DNA from: the human T2T-CHM13v2.0 reference genome, Homo sapiens
Assembly: GCF_009914755.1 (NCBI RefSeq)
Contig: NC_060927.1
Direction: 5' to 3' (one strand)
Length of the DNA: 64,000 bases
Shown here: in pieces, positions 57,866 through 64,000 of the stretch
Numbering within the stretch: the stretch's first letter is position 1
Layout: every line of letters starts with the position of its first letter
Translations under genes and position numbers: made by a program
The notes under the pieces: generated by a model
Told to the model about the DNA's origin: nothing
The model's input: the letters and a program-made list of their open reading frames with translations, nothing else
The model's database searches: none

Positions 57866-58686
57866 GTATGGATTAAATAAGCAACCATCAGACAAACATC
57901 AGGTGCACAGAAATGACTTTGGTCCTTAACCAACACAAGAAGTAAGTATTCTCTATTGGTCTTTGCATTTCCCATTTATTTCTCCTTTTTCTGCCCTTGA
58001 AATGTTTCTTACTCATGTCTTGTTGAAAATGTCAAAGTATAGCCATTTAGGGTAAGTATGGAATTCAGACAAGGAGCTCTGAGGAATATGATGCTGGTTC
58101 TGGTTTATACAAAAGACTTGGAAGCCCTTATATTTGCAGTAGGCCACTGAGGCATGGATCTCCTCATCCTGAATCCCTAGCATCTTTCAGTGATTTGAAT
58201 ATGGTTCTGACTGGCTAGCACTATATTAGTGAATCTCTGAAGAATGGGGCTCAAGAGAATTGATGTGCAGGGGTAGGTACAACACTGAAAATTGTCTACC
58301 ACTTTTCTGGGGACTCATAGAAAATAAAACTATCCATTTATTCATCTTAGAAAATTAAGTATTATTTAACAAATGGCTGGGATGGGCCACTTCTGTCCTA
58401 AACACATGGAATATATACTTTATTATCATTACTTTTTAGTGTTTATTAGGTGCCAGGCACTGTTTTGAGTCCTTCATATTTAATAAATACTAAATAAAAT
58501 AAAATTCCCATGCCAAAGGAATAATTATTTCCCTCTCTATCCTGCCCATGAATTTTCCCATCCAGGGGCTTTGAGATTGAGAAAATAGCTGGGTTTTCTC
58601 ATTATTCTAGTTGAAAAAAGAGCAGAATTTATTTGGGCTCTCCAACTCTACAGTCACTCTTATCACTGGTTGGTCTATTTTATGCA

Positions 58687-59056
58687 CAGTAATGTGTCAC
58701 TTAACAACGGGGATGGAGAAATATGTCTTTAGAAGATTTCATCATTGTGTGAACATCAGAGTGTACTTATGCAAACCTAGACAGTACTTATGCAAACCTA
58801 GCCTATACCTAGGCTATATGGTATAGCCTATTGCTCCTAGGCTACAAACCTGCAGAGCATGTTACTGTACTGAATACAGCAGGCAATTGTATTAGGCAAT
58901 ACATTATGCAATTAACACAGTGGTAAATGTTTGTGAATCTAAACATATTTAAACATAGAAAATATATGGTAAAAATATGGTATTATAATCTTATGGGACC
59001 ACCGTCATATATGGGGTCTATTCTTTACCAAAGCATCACTATGTGACATGTGACTG
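58687..59056. mobile_element. Tigger3a (MER7A)
   Basis: cagtaatgtgtcacttaacaacgggga...cctaggctatatggtatagcctattgctcctaggctacaaacctg...atgtgactg+ta. Confidence 0.9.
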
Positions 59057-60929
59057 TATTTAATCTATTTCATTTTATTAAGTTTTAAACTTTTCCAAGT
59101 GAGCTATGTAGAAGCATCAAGGCAAAGACAGCACCATGGCAAAATCCTGAGATACCTGGAAGTTTGCCTTTTATTAGTCACAGCTCACATGCCACCTACA
59201 TGGGGCCATTAGGAGATGAATATAACAAGCCAGAATGACACATCACATACATGCCTGGAGGCAGATATTTCCAAGAACACTTTTCTGCTCTCTTAAAAAA
59301 AAAACTGAATGAAGAAGAAAATAATTCTGTTCTGATTATTTATTTATTTTGCAAAAAATGTGTTAACATGGAATATTAACACACAACTCAAAAACTAGTC
59401 AAATGCAAAGTGGTTCAGAAAGGGTTTGCTCTGGTCTTTATCACCCTTTTTGCTGCAGAGCTTATCTTTTCTGAAAATTCGTGTTTAAAAAAATGAACAA
59501 CCACAACAGAATGAGAGATGAGGATCTGGGAGCAGGGCATGAAGCTGGTGAGATGTGAATAAGAAATGTTGAACAACTCAGCAGGACCATTATCTATTTG
59601 TTTATTAAGTTTTCCAGTAGAGTAGATTGATCTGAAAATAACAGAACATTTATGAAGCATGAAGCGTTTCCTAAGCTTTCAATTAAAGTTAAATAAAACA
59701 AAATGTAGGATGTGTGTCCATTGTGGGAAATCTCATTAGGGCACTGGGCACCACAGTCAGGCGTGGCTTCCTTACCCTGTGCTGCTCCTTAGTTCAGTGT
59801 GCACCAGCTCAGATCACGCATCAAGTGTAAGCAATACAGCTCTTTGGGAACATGGGGTTGTAACATATCACTGTGATCTTTTAAGACAAAGGGCACCTTT
59901 GTGATCCCCACTTTGCATATGAATAAAATGAAGTACATCAACTAATTTTCCATAGGACCCATTGCAAACATCAGGAATAGGACATAAAGCTCAGAAAACA
60001 ATGTTAATACTCTAAATAATTTGGTAACTCTGTGCTTGTATTTCTGTAGTTTTTTTTTTTTTCTTGCCTGGGGCATGAATTCAGAGAGGTTAGAAGAGAA
60101 AAGAACAGAGCTTTAAATGAGGAAGAAAGGGCAGAGCAAGTGAGAGAATGGAACAGACCAATGATGCATGTTCTGATAGCTCAATGCCAGGAAGCATTGA
60201 GCAGAGTGTGATGGGGTGTGGGAGAGGGAGCTGGCATGGGAGCCACACCCCTCCTCTTAAGATCCAGACAAAGGGAGAGTCACACAGTCTGTTAAACTCT
60301 GAGGTCTAAGAACAGTTAAATAAATGAGACCAAATTTAAGTAGCCTGCAAGACATCAAGAAAGACAACAACAGCGGCCAAAGCCAGCCTTATGATGGCTT
60401 TCTGTTCTTAGTTGTAAAGAATTTGTGTATATGTTTTAATTACAAAAATCTCAGTAAGATATAAAACAGGACTACTCAATTTTGGTGTCTGTTCATCAGC
60501 ATCTGTTTTAAGAACGCATCTACTTGTCCGAGTTCTTTGAAAACATGAACTGCGTTGGAATCATTTGTAGGCCAAATTCCTCTTACACTTGGAGAAATAC
60601 CAATTGTGGACAGTTTTCTCCGCTCTCTGAAAGGCCACTGGAACCCTACAGCCAATGGAAAAAAATTACATATGAAGAATGCATATTTATAACCTGAAAT
60701 GGCTCCAAAAGAAAGACAGGGCCTGGTACAGAATAAAGCCTCATGTTTCCCATTTTTTTCCAATTTTTCCTAGTGTTAGGGAAAGATTTCACCTGTCATC
60801 TAAAGAAGGCATGAGCTCAAGAGTGGAATTTTAAAAATAATAAACACTTTACCCACGAGGTGAAAATAGAACTCTTCTTCTTCCTGAACTTCACTCTTCT
60901 CAACTTGTCTGTGTACCACGTTGGAACAG

Positions 60930-61295
60930 TGCAGAGTTAGAAGTCAATTAACAGTGAAGGCCAGTATTTCAGTTTTAGCTCAGCCAGTGAGTCATTTTGT
61001 GACCTTAGGCAAGTCATTCAGCTTGGATTAGGACTCAGTGATTTATAAGGATCCTCCAGTTTACAGAAGACCATGTTTTAGAAGAAAGCAGCTCTAGTAT
61101 ATGATCTACACTCTACTACTTAGTAGTAATTGAACTGGCAAGTGGCTCAGTCACTCTCTGCCTCAATTTCCTCAACTGAAAAAGTATGTAACCCTCATGG
61201 AGTTTGTGAAGATTAAATGAGATAAGGTTTCTGAAGAGCTTAAAATGGCACCTGGCATTTAATAAGCACGCAATGGCTTTTTGCTCTTATTGTTA
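60930..61295 (+). mobile_element. Two adjacent MIR pieces
   Basis: gtgaccttaggcaagtcattc; ctctgcctcaatttcctcaactgaaaa...gtgaagattaaatgagataag...cctggca. Confidence 0.78.
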
Positions 61296-62273
61296 CAATG
61301 ATGCTTCATCATCTCCCATAGTAGTAATTTCCTGTGTGCCTGGTAGGTGTCTTTAGCCAGCCACTTTACTAACAGACTGATTGGATAAGTAATGATTTGG
61401 AACAATCAGCACTGGAGGCAGGTTTGGGAAGGAGAGTCTGGCTGATTGCTGTTGTGTTGTTTTTCTTTCTTTTATGACCCGTAACCAGTACTTACTGGAG
61501 CAATATATATTCACAAATTGTAGTCCCAGAGAGTTGGAAGGAAAGTTGCTATTTAAAGGCTGCTCACAATGTCTTGATTGGCATTTTGTGGTTACTACAC
61601 AGAAATGAACTGTTGGAGAAGGATTGATTTACCTAGTATGGTTGGTTTTGCTGTCTCCAAACTATGCCAGGTTATACTAGGGATAGATCAAACAAAATTA
61701 ATAAATATGTAGATAAATGAAAAGGTAAAATGTTTTAAAGTGCTTAAGGTTTAGTCAGGTATACGAAATGCATTCACAATTGAAATAATGATGTTTTACT
61801 AAAAAATAGGTATCTTTACTTGTGATATTATTGAGTTTATCATATTCTAATTACATTGGCTTATATATGAACCAATATGATATTATTGAGCCAATCATAT
61901 ATTTGAGGAAATATTCTAGGTAGGGAAGTTTCAGTGAAGTATGAATTTTGTCATGGAGTCTTCTTGCTTAATATGGATTGTGTGAAAGTACTTAAATAAA
62001 GCTTAGAAGTTACATAGTAGATAGAGGGGATGGAGAATTATAAAAGAATAGAAATTAATTTTTTAAAAAATTAGAGGCAGAGTTTGCAGCACCTAGAGAG
62101 GGTGCTATGGAGATGGTCTTTACTGGGTAACAGGTAGGAAGGCATAACATCTGTTAGGTAAGGAGGAACTCATGAGTTGCACATTTCATAGTTTCTGTTT
62201 TAATCAAGAAATTATTGGTGAGACATTATAGAGTTTTGCACACGGAAGGAATGTCACGAAATAAGTGAAGTCT

Positions 62274-62351
62274 CTGATTGAACCATCTGAAATTGCCAAT
62301 ATTTGATCTTTTCTATCTTTAAAAATGGCAGTTTCATGTGTCTTGATCTAA
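62274..62351. mobile_element. MADE2 mariner-type MITE
   Basis: Inverted ends ttgaaccatctgaaattgcca ... tggcagtttcatgtg; ~80 bp. Confidence 0.8.
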
Positions 62352-64000
62352 AATCTTAAAATCAATCTTTCAATTGGATAAGAGGCAGGGAAATTAGCTT
62401 GGAAGGTAAATCTATTATCCAGAGGCAAAATTTCATGGGCTTTGATAAAGGTGGATATTTTTCGATAAGGAGGAAAGAGTAAATTTTACTAACATACTTT
62501 GGCTTTTGTTCAGTTTTCTTAACCTCTATTTTCGCTTTATTATTTATTTTTTTGTTTTACTCTTGGGAAAGCAAATTATTTGTTTTCTCACATCTTTTGG
62601 GGTCCAATTTTGATGATTCTGATCTTTTTTAGTTGCTTGACCTGTAGACCCTCTACAGAACATTGCAGGGCCTCTTCTCAGAGGAGCAGCGGTGATGAGC
62701 TTAGTTTCCTAGGCTGGGACTGTTGCGCTGGACTTGACAGGTGAACTGAAAATTGCAGGGATAAGTACACCTATTGAGAACAAACATCCCATCTCTTTAT
62801 CAAAGCTCTTCATTGGCTTTGGAAAACTGCTGTAGGCCTAAGGAAACTAAACTTTCTAGGGATATTCTAGGTTTTAAACATATGAGAAAGAGAAAGACGT
62901 CGGTTCTTATTTAAGAGAGTTTATGAGACCTTATCCTTGAAATAGTCAAATTTATAAATGACATAAGGCTGTATGTGTAGTTAATAAAACAGGAATTCAT
63001 AGCCACTCAAATGTTCTAAACTTTCAAAAATGATTTGGGGTTCTGTTTTGGGATTAAGGAACACTGAACTTTGAACCATTTCAACCCACTTCTAATTCTG
63101 AGGTCTAGAGATACAATATGTAGCATGGCAGAGTTACGGCATCAGCTGATGAATATCCATTGAAGTGAAATGATTATAAAGTTACACCAAAAAATAACAC
63201 CATCCATGCTTGCAGAGTTGGGATGACAGAATACTTATGAGGTATTTGCTTTTTAGTTATATATTGCATTATAGGCTAAAGATTTGGGTCTATTTGCTGA
63301 AAGTCACTAATCTAATAATATTTTCATTATTAAAAGTGGAGGCAATATTAGGGGATCCTTGAAAATTTAGCATGAGGCTGGAAAACAATACCCCCCGGCC
63401 CCAGACCCATCTTTCAAGCTTGTAGTAACCAGCAAAATCTGCTGTGATTCCTGTCTTTGCCATCTATTCAGGTTTCATTTTGTTGCTCAAGGTTCACTGT
63501 ACGTTTGGAGAAGGAGTGGGGCAAAAATAAATAGGGTGAGGATACGGCATAAATTAGATACCTAACATGTATCTCTGGCTCTCCTCTTCACACTTTAGAA
63601 CCACGGTCACAGAAGGTGAGAGTCCGCATGAGCTCTTCTCTCCTTTGGCCTAACTGACTTTCTTTCTTCTCATGGAAAATATGGATTTCCTGCATTTGTT
63701 CTGGTGAGTAACTCGAAGGCAACATAGCCCGGGATGTTGGGCACCAGAACAAATATCCTGGATAATCTACCTGCTAAACACATAGGTGAAAAACAAAAGC
63801 ATCTTATTTTGTGTGTGTGCACATGTATTGATGTTTCCTCTTTATCTGCTCATGGTAACAGGTTTCCTCCTCTTCTGTTTTCCCTTTCCCCTTTCCTCCT
63901 TCCTCTTAATTTATAGAAAAGAGTGGGGGTGGGGGTTAATGAAAAATGGAGAGACTTCTTTTTGTCTGATAACATAGGATCATTCATTAGTCAGATCTAT

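Noticed and set aside
58762-58801. 18 bp repeat gtacttatgcaaacctag x2
   Set aside because: Local duplication inside Tigger3a.

Overview
AT-rich, CpG-poor primate genomic DNA, most likely human or great ape (AluY-type and L1PA3/4-type elements are present). It is intergenic or deep intronic. I see no protein-coding exon, CpG island, tRNA/rRNA gene or processed pseudogene, and I cannot identify the locus. The long ORFs are decayed L1 ORF2 or Tigger1 transposase pieces, and the rest are Alu, microsatellite or chance ORFs. Roughly half the window is interspersed repeat: Alu, MIR, MamSINE1, L1, L2, L3, MaLR/ERVL LTRs, Tigger, hAT and MADE elements. The main structure is a ~10.4 kb nest (MER63 > Tigger1 > three L1 insertions > Alu or younger L1). 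It contains a probable L1 3' transduction and an unusual ~74 bp flanking duplication. Other oddities are an L1MA that keeps both ends but lacks most of its coding region, 193 bp and 53 bp tandem duplications, a palindromic 27-mer array, two candidate non-coding exons, and a GATA/TCF-rich degenerate inverted repeat. Subfamily names come from remembered consensus sequences, not an alignment, and boundaries of old repeats are approximate. I found no convincing new biological system.
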